Assembly (NCBI GenBank): GCA_963664825.1
Contig: OY761614.1
Coordinates: 512,001 to 576,000, forward strand
Direction of reading: 5' to 3'
Source: an uncultured Holophaga sp.
Lineage (GTDB): Bacteria; Acidobacteriota; Holophagae; Holophagales; Holophagaceae
Length of the DNA stretch: 64,000 nt
The translations under genes and the position numbers were made by a program. A model generated the notes under the pieces. The model worked only from the letters and a program-made list of their open reading frames with translations, made no database searches and was not told the origin of the DNA. Within the stretch, counting starts at the first letter, position 1. Each line of letters starts with the position of its first letter. This document shows positions 47,328-58,247 of this stretch, one piece after another.

Positions 47328-49912
47328 CAGGACACCAGCTCTGTCACCATCCGCACCAGTTCCTTGATCCGATAGGGCTTGCGGAGGAACCCATCGGGGT
47401 GGAGTTCGTGCACGAGTTCCCCGATCTCCTCTTCCGCGTAGCCGCTGCAGATGATGACCTTCACCGTGGGGTCCAGGCTTCGGATCCGCCGGAAGGCCTC
47501 CAGGCCCCCCATGCGCGGCATATTCAGATCCAGAACCACCAGGGATATCTCCGCACCTCGCGCTTCGAAGAGCTCCAGGGCAGCCTGGCCGTCCTCGGCG
47601 GTGATTACCTGAAAGCCCGCGGGTTCCAGGGCCTCCACCGTCAGATCCCGCAGCAGCTCCTCGTCCTCGGCGACGAGCACCGTGCCTCCCGCCTGTCGCG
47701 AACAGTCCTGGGAAGCGGCCATGGGCGTGGCCAGGGGCTCCTCTGTGGCAGGGAAGTAGAGCTGGATCCGGGTGCCCTGCCCCAGCCCGCTCTCCAGGGT
47801 GATGCCGCCATTGTGAGCCCGCATGATACCCAGGGTCGCCGAGAGACCGAGGCCGCGGCCCGTGGCCTTGGTTGTGAAGAAGGGATCGAAGACCTTCCCC
47901 AACATTTCGGGGTCGATGCCCGGGCCATCATCCTGGATCTCCACGCAGGCCGCAGGCCCCTCCACCAGGGCGCTCCCGGGCACCAGCCTGGAGAGGAGGG
48001 CCCCGTCGGCCCGCACGGGGAAAACGTGCACCTGCACATGGCCCTCGCCCAACCCTAGGGCCTCGGCGGCATTGGTCAAAAGACTGCTGAGGGCCTGCTG
48101 GATGTGCCCCGCGTCGCCCCTCACCCCCGGAACGCCCGATGAGACATGGAAGTCGATCCGGACCCTGCGAGGCATGGCCGCCCGAGCCATCTCGGCCATT
48201 TCGGAGAGAACCTCCCCCAAATCCACGGGCTGGATCAGGAAGGGAGCGCGCCCCGAATAGGCGAGCATCTGCCGGGCCAGATCCGCGGCCCGGAAGGCGG
48301 CGGTCTCGATGCGCGCCAGGTTCTCATGGGCGGGATTGCCCGCCGGTAGGTGATCCCGGGCGAGCTCGGCATTGCCCGAGATGGCCCAGAGCAGGTTATT
48401 GAAGTCGTGGGCGATCCCGCCGGCCATGACCCCCAGGCTCTCCACCTTCTGCTGGAGCCAGGCCCGCTCCTCCATCCGGCGCCGCTCAGTCATGTCCATC
48501 ACTAGGGACAGGACCCCTTCCACCCGGCCCTCGGCGTCGTAGATGGGGCTATTGGTCCATTCGCAGACAATGCGCTGACCATCCTTGCGCAGTGCCTCCT
48601 GGGGGCCACTCCAACTGCGGCCCTCCCGGAGCACCTCCTCCAGCGCAGCCAAGGCCTGCTTGCCCCCTGGGCCCGGTACCCGAATTCCCTCCCCGGAGTG
48701 TTCCACCACCTCCTCGGCACCAAAGCCGAAGATCCTGGCTGCGGCAGGATTCCACCGGCGCACCCGGAGTTCCCCGTCCCATTCCACCACACCTACCGGC
48801 GTGCTCTCGATGAGCATATCCAAGCGCCTCAACATCTCCCGTAGGCCACGAGTGAGATGTTCAGCCAAGCGGCGGGCCCGCTCCTGGGTGCTCGCCAGAC
48901 TCCAGACCACCGCTCCCAGGGATAGGCTCGCCAGCAATCCCACCAGGAGGATATAGGTCACCCGGCTCCGCTGGGCTCCTTCGAAGAAGGCCGGGAGCGG
49001 GCGAGAGGCCAGCCCCCAGGTCCGGCCAAAGACCTCCAGGCGATGGATCTGCGAGGTGGCCCTGAGCTCCCGAAAGCTGGGTCCAACCTTGGGAGAGAGG
49101 CGGATCTCCTGGCCCTCGCTGAGATCAAAGAGGTTCGCCGAGACCGCGTCGTCGCTGCCCTGTTTGATGTCATCGAGAAAGGCATCCATGTAGAGCCCCA
49201 GGCTCACCCAGCCCTTGAGCTGCGCACGCCGCGCTTCCGGGGTGGCAGGCAGGGAGGCGCTGCGATAGATCGGGAAGAAGAGGGCCAGGGAGGTGCGGGG
49301 CACCCCGTCCAATCGGAAGGTGAGGGGTCCCGAGAGGGTCGGTTCCCCGCTCCGAGCCGCCCTCTCGGCGGCTTGGCGCTGATGAAGGCTCGTGCCCACA
49401 TCCATGCCCAGGGCCTTGGAGGCCGTCTCCGAGGGCTCGGCCAGGGTGATCACGAAATGATCAGGCCCTTCTCCGGGCAGGGCGCGATCACTGGGGTCCA
49501 GGCTCTTCACCACGCAGAGCTTTTGGAGGGAATGGCGGGCCTGGAAGGCCGACAGGCCTTCCCGGGGCACACATTCAATGTAGACCAGGGTCTTGAGCCC
49601 CGGGTGCCGGTGGAGGAAGTCCAGGTCCTGGGCATAGGCTCGCCAGACGGGTGCAGCAGGCGCAGGCCCTTGGCGGAGGAAGGCGTGGGCCCCCCGGAGG
49701 AGATCCTCGTAGCTCGAGAGGCGGGATTGAAGGCTCTTAAGGACGCGCTGGGTGTGGCGGTCCAAACGGAGTTGGTCGGCCTTCCGCTGCTGCTGGCGCG
49801 CCTCGTGGGCGACCCAGAGGGTGAGCCCCAGGCCCATCACCAGCGGCAGCAAGGCCCATAGCAAGACCCCCCCGCGAGGGCGCCCCAGACGTCTGAGAGA
49901 CCTTGCATTCAT
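47327..49912 (-). CDS. CHASE-PAS hybrid histidine kinase with receiver domain
   Basis: TM-CHASE (ALGMDV, LSGP)-TM, PAS, GGIAHDFNNLL, FDPFFTTK, GLGL, REC LDLNMP. Confidence 0.92.
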   Translation of the reverse strand: MNARSLRRLGRPRGGVLLWALLPLVMGLGLTLWVAHEARQQQRKADQLRLDRHTQRVLKSLQSRLSSYEDLLRGAHAFLRQGPAPAAPVWRAYAQDLDFLHRHPGLKTLVYIECVPREGLSAFQARHSLQKLCVVKSLDPSDRALPGEGPDHFVITLAEPSETASKALGMDVGTSLHQRQAAERAARSGEPTLSGPLTFRLDGVPRTSLALFFPIYRSASLPATPEARRAQLKGWVSLGLYMDAFLDDIKQGSDDAVSANLFDLSEGQEIRLSPKVGPSFRELRATSQIHRLEVFGRTWGLASRPLPAFFEGAQRSRVTYILLVGLLASLSLGAVVWSLASTQERARRLAEHLTRGLREMLRRLDMLIESTPVGVVEWDGELRVRRWNPAAARIFGFGAEEVVEHSGEGIRVPGPGGKQALAALEEVLREGRSWSGPQEALRKDGQRIVCEWTNSPIYDAEGRVEGVLSLVMDMTERRRMEERAWLQQKVESLGVMAGGIAHDFNNLLWAISGNAELARDHLPAGNPAHENLARIETAAFRAADLARQMLAYSGRAPFLIQPVDLGEVLSEMAEMARAAMPRRVRIDFHVSSGVPGVRGDAGHIQQALSSLLTNAAEALGLGEGHVQVHVFPVRADGALLSRLVPGSALVEGPAACVEIQDDGPGIDPEMLGKVFDPFFTTKATGRGLGLSATLGIMRAHNGGITLESGLGQGTRIQLYFPATEEPLATPMAASQDCSRQAGGTVLVAEDEELLRDLTVEALEPAGFQVITAEDGQAALELFEARGAEISLVVLDLNMPRMGGLEAFRRIRSLDPTVKVIICSGYAEEEIGELVHELHPDGFLRKPYRIKELVRMVTELVS

Positions 49913-49980
49913 CGGAGCACCTGGATTACCAGATCAGGATAGCGGACCTGGGGTCTGTCAACCTCATTCCTTCACAGGCG

Positions 49981-50033
49981 ACCTTGACAAAATCTTGATG
50001 CTTTCCAGCCGAACCTTGACACCGTCTTGATGC
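49981..50033 (+). promoter_or_regulatory. Tandem direct-repeat operator upstream of kdpF (putative KdpE sites)
   Basis: ACCTTGACAnnnTCTTGATGC twice, period 32 nt, each with CTTGA half-sites 11 nt apart. Confidence 0.6.
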
Positions 50034-50087
50034 GGCCTTCCAGAGACTGGAGGCGGACATTCCCGTCCGTCCCACCGGAGGCTTCCC

Positions 50088-50180
50088 ATGACAGGCATGC
50101 AGATCCTGGCCGCCATCCTGGCCCTGGCCCTCCTGGCCTACCTGGGCTTCGCCCTGCTCCAGCCGGAGAAATTCCAATGA
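50088..50180 (+). CDS. kdpF: K+-transporting ATPase subunit F (not in ORF track)
   Basis: MTGMQILAAILALALLAYLGFALLQPEKFQ*; YL..AL..PEKF signature; GGAGG RBS; ATGA overlap with kdpA. Confidence 0.9.
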   Translation: MTGMQILAAILALALLAYLGFALLQPEKFQ

Positions 50181-51928
50181 CCGCCAATAGCTGCGCGCAA
50201 TTCGCAGTCTTCCTGATCCTGCTCATCGCGCTCTCGAAGCCTCTGGGCGAATACATGGGCCGGGTCTTCGAACGGGAGCGCACCCTGCTCGATCCCCTGC
50301 TGAGGCCCCTGGAGCGCGGCCTCTACCGCCTGGCCGGCATCACCCCCGACGACCACATGGACTGGAAGGCCTACGCCTGGGCGATTCTGTTCTTCAATGC
50401 CCTGGGGCTCGGCTTCCTCTTCCTGCTGCTGAAGTGCCAGCACCTGCTGCCCCTCAACCCCCAGCACGCCCAAGGGCTACCCACACTCCTGGCCTGGAAT
50501 ACGGCCGTTAGTTTCGTCACCAACACCAACTGGCAGGCCTTCGCGGGTGAAACGACCCTCAGTCATCTCTCCCAGATGCTGGGGCTGACGGTGCAGAACT
50601 TCCTATCGGCGGCCACGGGCATCACGGTGGTGGTGGCCCTCTCCAGGGGCATCCGTCGCCGCAAGGCCACCAACCTGGGCTGTTTCTGGGCCGATCTCAC
50701 GCGCACGACCCTCTACATCCTGCTGCCCCTGGCCTTCATCTTCGCGATCTTCCTCCTCTCCCAGGGGGTGGTCCAGACCCTGGCCCCGCAGGCCGTGGCG
50801 CGATTTTTGACACCTGTGGTGGGGGCGGACGGGAAGACCATCCTGGAACAGATCCTGTCCCTGGGCCCCGTGGCCAGCCAGGAGGCCATCAAGCTCCTGG
50901 GCACCAATGGAGGCGGCTTCTTCAACGCCAATTCCGCCCACCCCTTCGAGAACCCCACGGCCCTCACGAGCTTCCTTCAGGCCCTCAGCATCCTGCTGAT
51001 CCCTGCGGCTCTCTGCCACGCCTTCGGCCGCATGGTGCGGGACCGCCGCCAGGGCTGGGCCCTCCTTGGGGCCATGACGGTCCTCTTCGTCCTGGCCCTG
51101 GGCGCGATCCACGGGGCCGAGCAGAGGAGCAACCCGGGACTGCGAGCCCTGCCCGTCAACCAGAGCGTGGTCGTCACCTCCGGCGCCGAACAGCCCGGAG
51201 GCAACATGGAAGGCAAGGAGATGCGCTTCGGCATCACGGCCACCACCCTCTTTGCCACCGCCTCCACGGGCACCTCCACCGGCGCCGTCAATGGCATGCA
51301 CGATTCCTTCACGCCCCTGGGGGGCCTGGTGCCCATCCTGCTGATGGAACTGGGGGAGGTCGTCTTCGGCGGCGTGGGTTCGGGCCTCTACACCCTGCTC
51401 ATCTTCGCCCTCATTGCGGTCTTCATCGCCGGACTGATGGTGGGGCGCACACCGGAATACCTGGGCAAGAAACTGGAAGCCTTCGAAATCAAGATGGCCT
51501 CCCTGGTCATCCTCATTCCGGCCGCGACCGTGCTGGTCTGCACGGCCCTGGGGGTGATGCTGCCGAGCGCGGTGATGAGCATCTCCAACCCCGGCGCCCA
51601 CGGCTTCAGCCAGGTGCTCTACGCCTTCAGCAGCGCGGCCAACAACAATGGCAGCGCCTTCGCTGGCCTGAACGCCAATACCGTTTTCTACAACACGACC
51701 ACCAGCCTCGCCATGCTATTGGGCCGCTTCGGCACCATGCTGCCGGTACTGGCCATCGCGGGCTCCCTGGGCCGCAAGAAACGGACCCCTCCAAGCGTCG
51801 GCACGCTGCCCACCCACGGTCCACTCTTCATCGCGCTCCTGGTGGCAGTGGTGATTCTCGTCGGCGCCCTCACCTTCATTCCCGCCCTGGCCCTCGGCCC
51901 CATCGCCGAGCACCTCTCCCTGACCTGA
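50177..51928 (+). CDS. kdpA: K+-transporting ATPase subunit A
   Basis: SFVTNTNWQ, LGTNGGGFF, GRTPEYLGKK, SAANNNGSAFAGL. Confidence 0.97.
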   Translation: MTANSCAQFAVFLILLIALSKPLGEYMGRVFERERTLLDPLLRPLERGLYRLAGITPDDHMDWKAYAWAILFFNALGLGFLFLLLKCQHLLPLNPQHAQGLPTLLAWNTAVSFVTNTNWQAFAGETTLSHLSQMLGLTVQNFLSAATGITVVVALSRGIRRRKATNLGCFWADLTRTTLYILLPLAFIFAIFLLSQGVVQTLAPQAVARFLTPVVGADGKTILEQILSLGPVASQEAIKLLGTNGGGFFNANSAHPFENPTALTSFLQALSILLIPAALCHAFGRMVRDRRQGWALLGAMTVLFVLALGAIHGAEQRSNPGLRALPVNQSVVVTSGAEQPGGNMEGKEMRFGITATTLFATASTGTSTGAVNGMHDSFTPLGGLVPILLMELGEVVFGGVGSGLYTLLIFALIAVFIAGLMVGRTPEYLGKKLEAFEIKMASLVILIPAATVLVCTALGVMLPSAVMSISNPGAHGFSQVLYAFSSAANNNGSAFAGLNANTVFYNTTTSLAMLLGRFGTMLPVLAIAGSLGRKKRTPPSVGTLPTHGPLFIALLVAVVILVGALTFIPALALGPIAEHLSLT

Positions 51929-51929
51929 G

Positions 51930-51972
51930 AAGGGGGGACCGCCTGCTCGCTTCCCTCGCGATGTCCTCCCTT
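51930..51972. repeat. REP-like palindrome, copy 2, between kdpA and kdpB
   Basis: AAGGGGGGACCGCCTGCTCGCTTCCCTCGCGATGTCCTCCCTT, similar to 8773-8815. Confidence 0.75.
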
Positions 51973-52033
51973 TGACCCCCACGTGGTGGCCAGGCAAAGC
52001 CAGTCCACCACGTCTGCCTTGAAAGCACGGCCC

Positions 52034-54121
52034 ATGCGCAGCTCCAGCACCTTCGGCGAGATCCAACCCCGGCCCCTGTTTGAACCCGCCATCATGAAGC
52101 GGGCCATCCTGGACGCCTTCCGGAAGCTCAATCCCCTTCATCAGATGAAGAACCCGGTGATGTTCACCGTCTGGGTGGGCAGCGTGCTGACGACCCTGCT
52201 CTTCCTCCAGTCCCTCCTGGGCCATGGGGAGGCCCGGCCGGGCTTCATCCTGGCCATCTCACTCTGGCTCTGGTTCACCCTGCTGTTTGCCAACTTCGCC
52301 GAAGCCATGGCCGAAGGCAGGGGCAAGGCCCAGGCCGATAGCCTGCGCAAGTCCAAGAAGGATGTCATCGCCAAGCTGCTGAGAGCGGAAAAATTCGGAA
52401 CGCCCACGGAAGCCATCGAAGCCTACCGCCTGCGCATCGGAGACGTGGTGCTGGTGGAGGCCGGAGACACCATCCCAGGCGACGGGGACGTGATCGATGG
52501 GGTGGCCTCCGTCAACGAGAGCGCCATCACGGGGGAATCCGCACCCGTGATCCGGGAATCCGGCGGGGATCGCAGCGCCGTCACCGGCGGCACCCTGGTG
52601 CTCTCGGACTGGCTGGTGATCCGCGTCGCCTCCAACCCCGGGGATAGTTTCCTGGACCGCATGATCGCCATGGTGGAGGGGGCCAAGCGCCGGAAGACCC
52701 CCAACGAGATCGCCCTGGATATCCTCCTGGCGGCCCTCACCATCATCTTCCTGCTGGCCACGGCAACGCTTCTCCCCTATAGCGCCTTCGCGGTGAAGGC
52801 TACCGGCCACGGCAGTCCCGTCACGCTCACGGTGCTGGTGGCCCTTCTGGTTTGCCTCATCCCCACCACCATCGGCGGCCTCCTCAGCGCCATCGGCATC
52901 GCGGGCATGGATCGCATGGTCCAGGCCAATGTCATCGCCACCTCGGGACGAGCAGTGGAAGCAGCGGGCGACGTGGACGTGCTTTTGTTAGACAAAACGG
53001 GGACCATCACACTCGGAAACCGCCAGGCCGTGGCCTTCGTGCCCGCACCGGAGATTTCCATCGCACACCTGGCCGACGCCTCCCAGCTATCGAGTCTGGC
53101 CGATGAGACCCCCGAGGGGCGCAGCATCGTGGTGCTGGCCAAGGAGGAATACGGCCTGCGGGAACGCGATATCCACGCCATGGGCGCGAAGTTCATCCCC
53201 TTCACCGCCCAGACCCGTATGAGCGGAGTCGATCTCGAGGGTCGGGAGATCCGCAAGGGTGCCGTTTCCGCCATTGAGGATTACGTCCATGGCCAGGGCG
53301 GCGAATTCCCCGAAAAGCTCCGCATCGAAGTGGACCGCATCGCCCGCCACGGCGGCACGCCCCTGGTGGTGGCCGAAGGCGCCAAGGCCCTCGGCGTGAT
53401 CCACCTGAAGGACATCGTGAAGGGCGGCATCAAGGAGCGCTTCGCCGAACTCCGCCAGATGGGCATCAAGACCGTGATGATCACCGGCGATAACCCCCTC
53501 ACAGCCGCGGCCATCGCCGCCGAAGCCGGCGTGGACGACTTCCTGGCCCAGGCCACCCCCGAGGCCAAGCTCAAGCTCATCCGGGACTACCAGGCCGGCG
53601 GACGGCTGGTGGCCATGACGGGCGACGGCACCAACGACGCCCCGGCCCTGGCCCAAGCCGACGTGGCGGTCGCGATGAATTCCGGCACCCAGGCCGCCAA
53701 GGAAGCCGGCAACATGGTGGATCTGGATTCCAATCCCACCAAGCTCATCGAGATCGTCCGCATCGGCAAGCAGATGCTGATGACCCGGGGCAGCCTCACC
53801 ACCTTCAGCATCGCCAACGATGTGGCCAAGTACTTCGCCATCATCCCCGCGGCCTTTGCCGTCACCTATCCCCAGCTGGCCGTGCTCAACGTGATGCGCC
53901 TCCATAGCCCGGGGAGCGCCATCCTGTCGGCGGTGATCTTCAACGCCCTCATCATCGTGGTCCTCATTCCCCTGGCTCTGAAGGGCGTCAAATACCGCCC
54001 CATGGGCGCCGCAGCCCTCCTGCAACGCAACCTCTTCGTCTACGGTCTGGGCGGCGTCCTCGTCCCCTTCGCCGGGATCAAGGTCCTCGATCTGATCCTG
54101 GTCGCCCTCCATCTGGTGTAG
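52034..54121 (+). CDS. kdpB: K+-transporting ATPase subunit B
   Basis: [30 protein letters not shown]; start uncertain. Confidence 0.97.
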   Translation: MRSSSTFGEIQPRPLFEPAIMKRAILDAFRKLNPLHQMKNPVMFTVWVGSVLTTLLFLQSLLGHGEARPGFILAISLWLWFTLLFANFAEAMAEGRGKAQADSLRKSKKDVIAKLLRAEKFGTPTEAIEAYRLRIGDVVLVEAGDTIPGDGDVIDGVASVNESAITGESAPVIRESGGDRSAVTGGTLVLSDWLVIRVASNPGDSFLDRMIAMVEGAKRRKTPNEIALDILLAALTIIFLLATATLLPYSAFAVKATGHGSPVTLTVLVALLVCLIPTTIGGLLSAIGIAGMDRMVQANVIATSGRAVEAAGDVDVLLLDKTGTITLGNRQAVAFVPAPEISIAHLADASQLSSLADETPEGRSIVVLAKEEYGLRERDIHAMGAKFIPFTAQTRMSGVDLEGREIRKGAVSAIEDYVHGQGGEFPEKLRIEVDRIARHGGTPLVVAEGAKALGVIHLKDIVKGGIKERFAELRQMGIKTVMITGDNPLTAAAIAAEAGVDDFLAQATPEAKLKLIRDYQAGGRLVAMTGDGTNDAPALAQADVAVAMNSGTQAAKEAGNMVDLDSNPTKLIEIVRIGKQMLMTRGSLTTFSIANDVAKYFAIIPAAFAVTYPQLAVLNVMRLHSPGSAILSAVIFNALIIVVLIPLALKGVKYRPMGAAALLQRNLFVYGLGGVLVPFAGIKVLDLILVALHLV

Positions 54122-54123
54122 CC

Positions 54124-54693
54124 ATGTCCATCATCCGTCCCGCCCTGGTCACCTTCGCCGCCCTCGCGGTCCTCACGGGCTTGGCCTATCCCCTGCTCGT
54201 CACAGGCACCGGCAGGCTCTGCTTCAGGCACCAGGCCCAAGGCAGCCTCATCATCCAGGAGGGTCGCGTTCTGGGCAGCGAACTCATCGGACAGCACACG
54301 GAAGATCCGAAGTACTTCTGGGGTCGGCTTTCGGCCACGGGAGATTTCCCCACCAATGCCGCCAATTCCGGCGGTTCCAACCTGGCCCCCAGCAATCCGG
54401 CCCTGGCTGCCACCGCACAACGACGCATCCAGGTTCTCCGGAAAGCCGATCCCGGCAACACTCAGGCCCTGCCCGTGGATCTCGTCACGGCCTCCGCCAG
54501 TGGCCTGGACCCTCATATCAGTCCTGCTGCGGCGGCCTACCAGGTGGCCCGGGTGGCCCGGGTACGGGGATTACCGGTTTCCAGAGTCCAGGCACTGGTC
54601 AAGCAGCATACCCAGGGCCGCACATTCGGATTCCTGGGGGAACCTCGGGTCCATGTCCTCCAGCTCAATCTCGAGCTGGATGGCCAACGGTAA
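54124..54693 (+). CDS. kdpC: K+-transporting ATPase subunit C
   Basis: GSELIGQ, SGGSNL, VTASASGLDPHIS, GEPRV. Confidence 0.96.
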   Translation: MSIIRPALVTFAALAVLTGLAYPLLVTGTGRLCFRHQAQGSLIIQEGRVLGSELIGQHTEDPKYFWGRLSATGDFPTNAANSGGSNLAPSNPALAATAQRRIQVLRKADPGNTQALPVDLVTASASGLDPHISPAAAAYQVARVARVRGLPVSRVQALVKQHTQGRTFGFLGEPRVHVLQLNLELDGQR

Positions 54694-54761
54694 AGGTCCA
54701 GACAGGATCAGGCCTCCAAGGTCCCGTGATCGAGATAAAAAGAAAAGGTATTGGCTATTCC

Positions 54762-57494
54762 GTGACGGCCCCTAAGCTTGAGATTGTGGAACCTAAACGG
54801 CCTGATCCCGATGCCCTCCTCCGGAAAGTCCAGGAGGATGAAGCGCGACAGGCCCGGGCCAAGCTGAAGATATTCTTCGGCATGGCGCCGGGGGTGGGGA
54901 AGACCTACGCCATGCTCCAGGATGCCCAGGACCGCCTGGATCAGGGCCTGGACGTGATCATCGGCGTGGTGGAGACCCATGACCGCCCGGAGACCGCCGC
55001 CCTGCTCGCGGGACTCAAGACCCTGCCGAAACGCACCCTGCCCTACCGGGGGATCAGCCTGGAGGAGTTCGATCTCCAGAGCGCCATCCTGCGAAAGCCC
55101 CAGCTGATCCTCATGGACGAATTGGCCCACACCAATGTGCAGGGTTCCATCCATGGCAAACGCTGGCAGGACGTGTGGGATCTCCTGGACGCCGGCATCG
55201 ATGTCTACACCACCGTCAACGTCCAACACATCGAGAGCCTCAAGGATATCGTCGCCCAGATCACGGGGGTCATCGTGCGGGAGAGCATCCCCGATACGAT
55301 CCTGGCCCGGGCCGACGAGATCGAACTGGTGGATCTGCCCCCGGAGGAGCTCATCCAGCGCCTGAGGGAGGGCAAGGTCTACGTCCCCGATCAGGCCCGG
55401 CATGCCATCGACCGATTCTTCCGGAAGGGAAACCTCCTGGCCCTGCGGGAACTAGCCCTGCGGCGCACGGCCGACCACGTGGATGCCGATATGCGGCGCT
55501 ACATGTCCGACCAGGGCATCGCCCAGACCTGGGCAACGGACGAGCGCCTGCTGGTCTGCATCAGCCCGGCCCCGGAATCCGCCCGGCTCATCCGCGCCAC
55601 CCAGCGCCTGGCCGAACGCATCAAGGCCAGTTGGATCGCGGCCTACGTGGAAACGGGCCAGTTACGCCACTCGGAGAAGGACCGGGAGCAGATCGAGGAG
55701 CATCTGCGCCTGGTGGAGCGCCTGGGAGGCGAGACCGCCGTCCTCCAGGGGGATCTCTCCCTGGCCGACGATCTGGTGGCGCTGGCCATCACCCGCAACG
55801 CCACGCGGATCCTGGTGGGCAAGCCTGGAGGACCCGCCTGGGCGCGGCTCTTCAGGCCTTCCATCGTGGATAAATTGGTGCGCAGCTGCGGCAGCATCGA
55901 TGTGATGGTCGTTGCCCGGGACCGCAATCCGGAGGCCGTTCCCTCAAGGACGCCGACGCCACGGCCCCATCCCTTTCCCGCCGCGGGGCGCTTCCTCTGG
56001 GCCGCGCTGGTGGTGGCCCTCGCCACAGGCATCGGGCTGCTGATGCAGATGCAGCGCTTCGAATTCGCCGATATTGTCATGGTCTATGTGCTGGGCATCC
56101 TCATCGTGGCCACCCGCGTGGGGCGCTGGCCTTCGGTGGGGGCTTCCCTCCTCAGCGTGGCCGCCCTGGATTTCTTCTTCGTGAGCCCCAAATACTCCTT
56201 CCGGTTTTCCGACGCCAAGCACGCGGGCACCTTCCTGGTGATGCTGGCCGTGGGCATCGTCATCGGCAACCTCAGCGAGCGCATCCGCGCCCAGGTGCGC
56301 CTCGCCCGGGTCCGGGAGCGGCGCACCCACGCCCTCTTCAGCCTGACGGCCGAGCTCACCCGCAGCGGAGGATCGGCCCTCATGGTGCAATCCGCCATCC
56401 ACAATGTGGCCGCCCAGTTCCAGAGCCAGGCTTCCATCCTGCTGCCCAATGCCCAAGGGAACCTCAAACCCCAGACGGAATCCGAATGGTCCGGCGGCTT
56501 CAGCGCCGAGGAGCTGGGCGTGGCCCAGTGGACCTTCGATCACGTCGAGGCCGCGGGCCTGGGCACCGACACCCTGCCTGGTGCAAAGTCCCTGTACCTG
56601 CCCCTGAGGGGTTCCCGGGGCTCCATCGGCGTCCTGGCCATGCGCCCCGAAGGCCCCCCCCATTGGATGGAGCCCGATCAGCGCCATCTGCTGGACGCCT
56701 TCGCCAGCCAGACGGCCCTGGCCCTGGAGCGGGCCCTCCTCTCGGAAAGGAGCACCAAGACCCAGCGCCAGGTGGATCGCGAACAGCTTCGAAACGCCCT
56801 GCTGTCCTCGGTCTCCCACGATCTCCGCACACCCCTGGGCTGCATCCTGGGCGCCGCCAGCACCCTCCTGGAAAGCCAGGCGCAGCTGGGACCGGAGGAG
56901 CGGAAGGAACTGATGGAGACCATCCACGGTGAGGCCCTTCAGCTCCAGCGCCTGGTGTGCAATCTCCTGGACGTGACGCGCCTGGAATCAGGCGTGGTGG
57001 AGGTGAAGAAGGAGTGGGTGCCCGTGGAGGAACTCGTCGGCACGGCCCTGGAACGCCTGAAGCGCGTGCTGGGCTCCCGGGAAATCAAGGTGGAGCTGCC
57101 GCCCAAACTCCCCCTCATCCCCATGGACCCCGTGCTGATGGAACAGGTGCTGGTGAACCTGCTGGAGAATGCGAGCAAATACTCCCCCGCCGATCAGCCC
57201 ATCGAGATCCGGGCCTGGGCCACGGATCGTGCCCTCACCCTCGCCATCGCCGATCACGGCAGCGGCCTCCCCGAGGGACTCGAGGAGAAGATCTTCGATA
57301 AGCTCGTCAAGGCCGCCAATCCCCATGGCCGCCCGGGTGCGGGTCTGGGGCTCGCCATCTGCAAGGGCATCGTGAGGGCCCATGGCGGCTGGATCCAGGG
57401 CAGCAACCGTCCCCAGGGCGGCGCCCAGTTCCTCGTGAGCCTGCCCCTGGAGGCCCCTCCGCCCGAGACCCCGGAAGAAGGCGAGAATGCCTGA
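54762..57494 (+). CDS. kdpD: Osmosensitive K+ sensor kinase
   Basis: GMAPGVGKTY, DELAHTN, KRWQD, Usp, 4 TM, GAF, SHDLRTPL; start GTG 54762 or 54726. Confidence 0.96.
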   Translation: MTAPKLEIVEPKRPDPDALLRKVQEDEARQARAKLKIFFGMAPGVGKTYAMLQDAQDRLDQGLDVIIGVVETHDRPETAALLAGLKTLPKRTLPYRGISLEEFDLQSAILRKPQLILMDELAHTNVQGSIHGKRWQDVWDLLDAGIDVYTTVNVQHIESLKDIVAQITGVIVRESIPDTILARADEIELVDLPPEELIQRLREGKVYVPDQARHAIDRFFRKGNLLALRELALRRTADHVDADMRRYMSDQGIAQTWATDERLLVCISPAPESARLIRATQRLAERIKASWIAAYVETGQLRHSEKDREQIEEHLRLVERLGGETAVLQGDLSLADDLVALAITRNATRILVGKPGGPAWARLFRPSIVDKLVRSCGSIDVMVVARDRNPEAVPSRTPTPRPHPFPAAGRFLWAALVVALATGIGLLMQMQRFEFADIVMVYVLGILIVATRVGRWPSVGASLLSVAALDFFFVSPKYSFRFSDAKHAGTFLVMLAVGIVIGNLSERIRAQVRLARVRERRTHALFSLTAELTRSGGSALMVQSAIHNVAAQFQSQASILLPNAQGNLKPQTESEWSGGFSAEELGVAQWTFDHVEAAGLGTDTLPGAKSLYLPLRGSRGSIGVLAMRPEGPPHWMEPDQRHLLDAFASQTALALERALLSERSTKTQRQVDREQLRNALLSSVSHDLRTPLGCILGAASTLLESQAQLGPEERKELMETIHGEALQLQRLVCNLLDVTRLESGVVEVKKEWVPVEELVGTALERLKRVLGSREIKVELPPKLPLIPMDPVLMEQVLVNLLENASKYSPADQPIEIRAWATDRALTLAIADHGSGLPEGLEEKIFDKLVKAANPHGRPGAGLGLAICKGIVRAHGGWIQGSNRPQGGAQFLVSLPLEAPPPETPEEGENA

Positions 57495-58245
57495 AGGAAA
57501 GGCCCAGCTCCCGGAGGCCGCCGACCCAAAACGGCCTGGACCCGGCTTCGCCCTGGGGTCCCCCCACATCCTCGTCATCGACGACGAGCCCCCCATCCGG
57601 CGCTACCTCAAGGCCACCCTGGAGGCTCAAGGGTACGTCCTCCGGGAGGCCACCACGGCCGCCGAGGGCGAGGCCCTGGCCCTCAGCCATCCCCCGGATG
57701 TGATCCTGCTGGATCTGGGCCTGCCGGACCTGGATGGCATCGAGCTGGCCCGGCGCCTGCGGATGGAGTGCCCCTCGCCCATCATCGTGATCTCGGCCAG
57801 GGGCCGGGAGGCCGACAAGATCCAGGCCCTGGACGCCGGCGCCGATGACTACCTGACCAAGCCCTTCAGCACCGGCGAACTGATGGCGCGGATTCGCGTG
57901 GCCCTGCGCCACGGGAGAAGGGGCGGCAACGCCCCGGAGGAACCCGTCTTCGAACTGGGCACCTGGCGCGTGGACTTGTTGCGCCGGGAGGTCACCCTGG
58001 CGGGCCAGAGCGTCCACCTCACGCCCAACGAATACCGCCTGTTCACCACCCTCATCGCCAACGCAGGCAGGGTCCTCACCCATCGCCAGCTGCTCAAGGA
58101 GGTCTGGGGCGGCGTGGCCGGAGCCCAGCCCCACTACCTCCGTGTCTACATGGCCCAGCTTCGCCAGAAACTCGAAGCCGAGCCCGCCCGGCCCCGGTAC
58201 CTGATCACCGAACCGGGTGTGGGATACCGCTTGAGGGTGGAGTAG
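57487..58245 (+). CDS. kdpE: KdpE response regulator
   Basis: LDLGLPD, GADDYLTKPF, HYLRVYMAQLRQKLE, TEPGVGYR; follows kdpD. Confidence 0.95.
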   Translation: MPEGKAQLPEAADPKRPGPGFALGSPHILVIDDEPPIRRYLKATLEAQGYVLREATTAAEGEALALSHPPDVILLDLGLPDLDGIELARRLRMECPSPIIVISARGREADKIQALDAGADDYLTKPFSTGELMARIRVALRHGRRGGNAPEEPVFELGTWRVDLLRREVTLAGQSVHLTPNEYRLFTTLIANAGRVLTHRQLLKEVWGGVAGAQPHYLRVYMAQLRQKLEAEPARPRYLITEPGVGYRLRVE

Positions 58246-58247
58246 GC

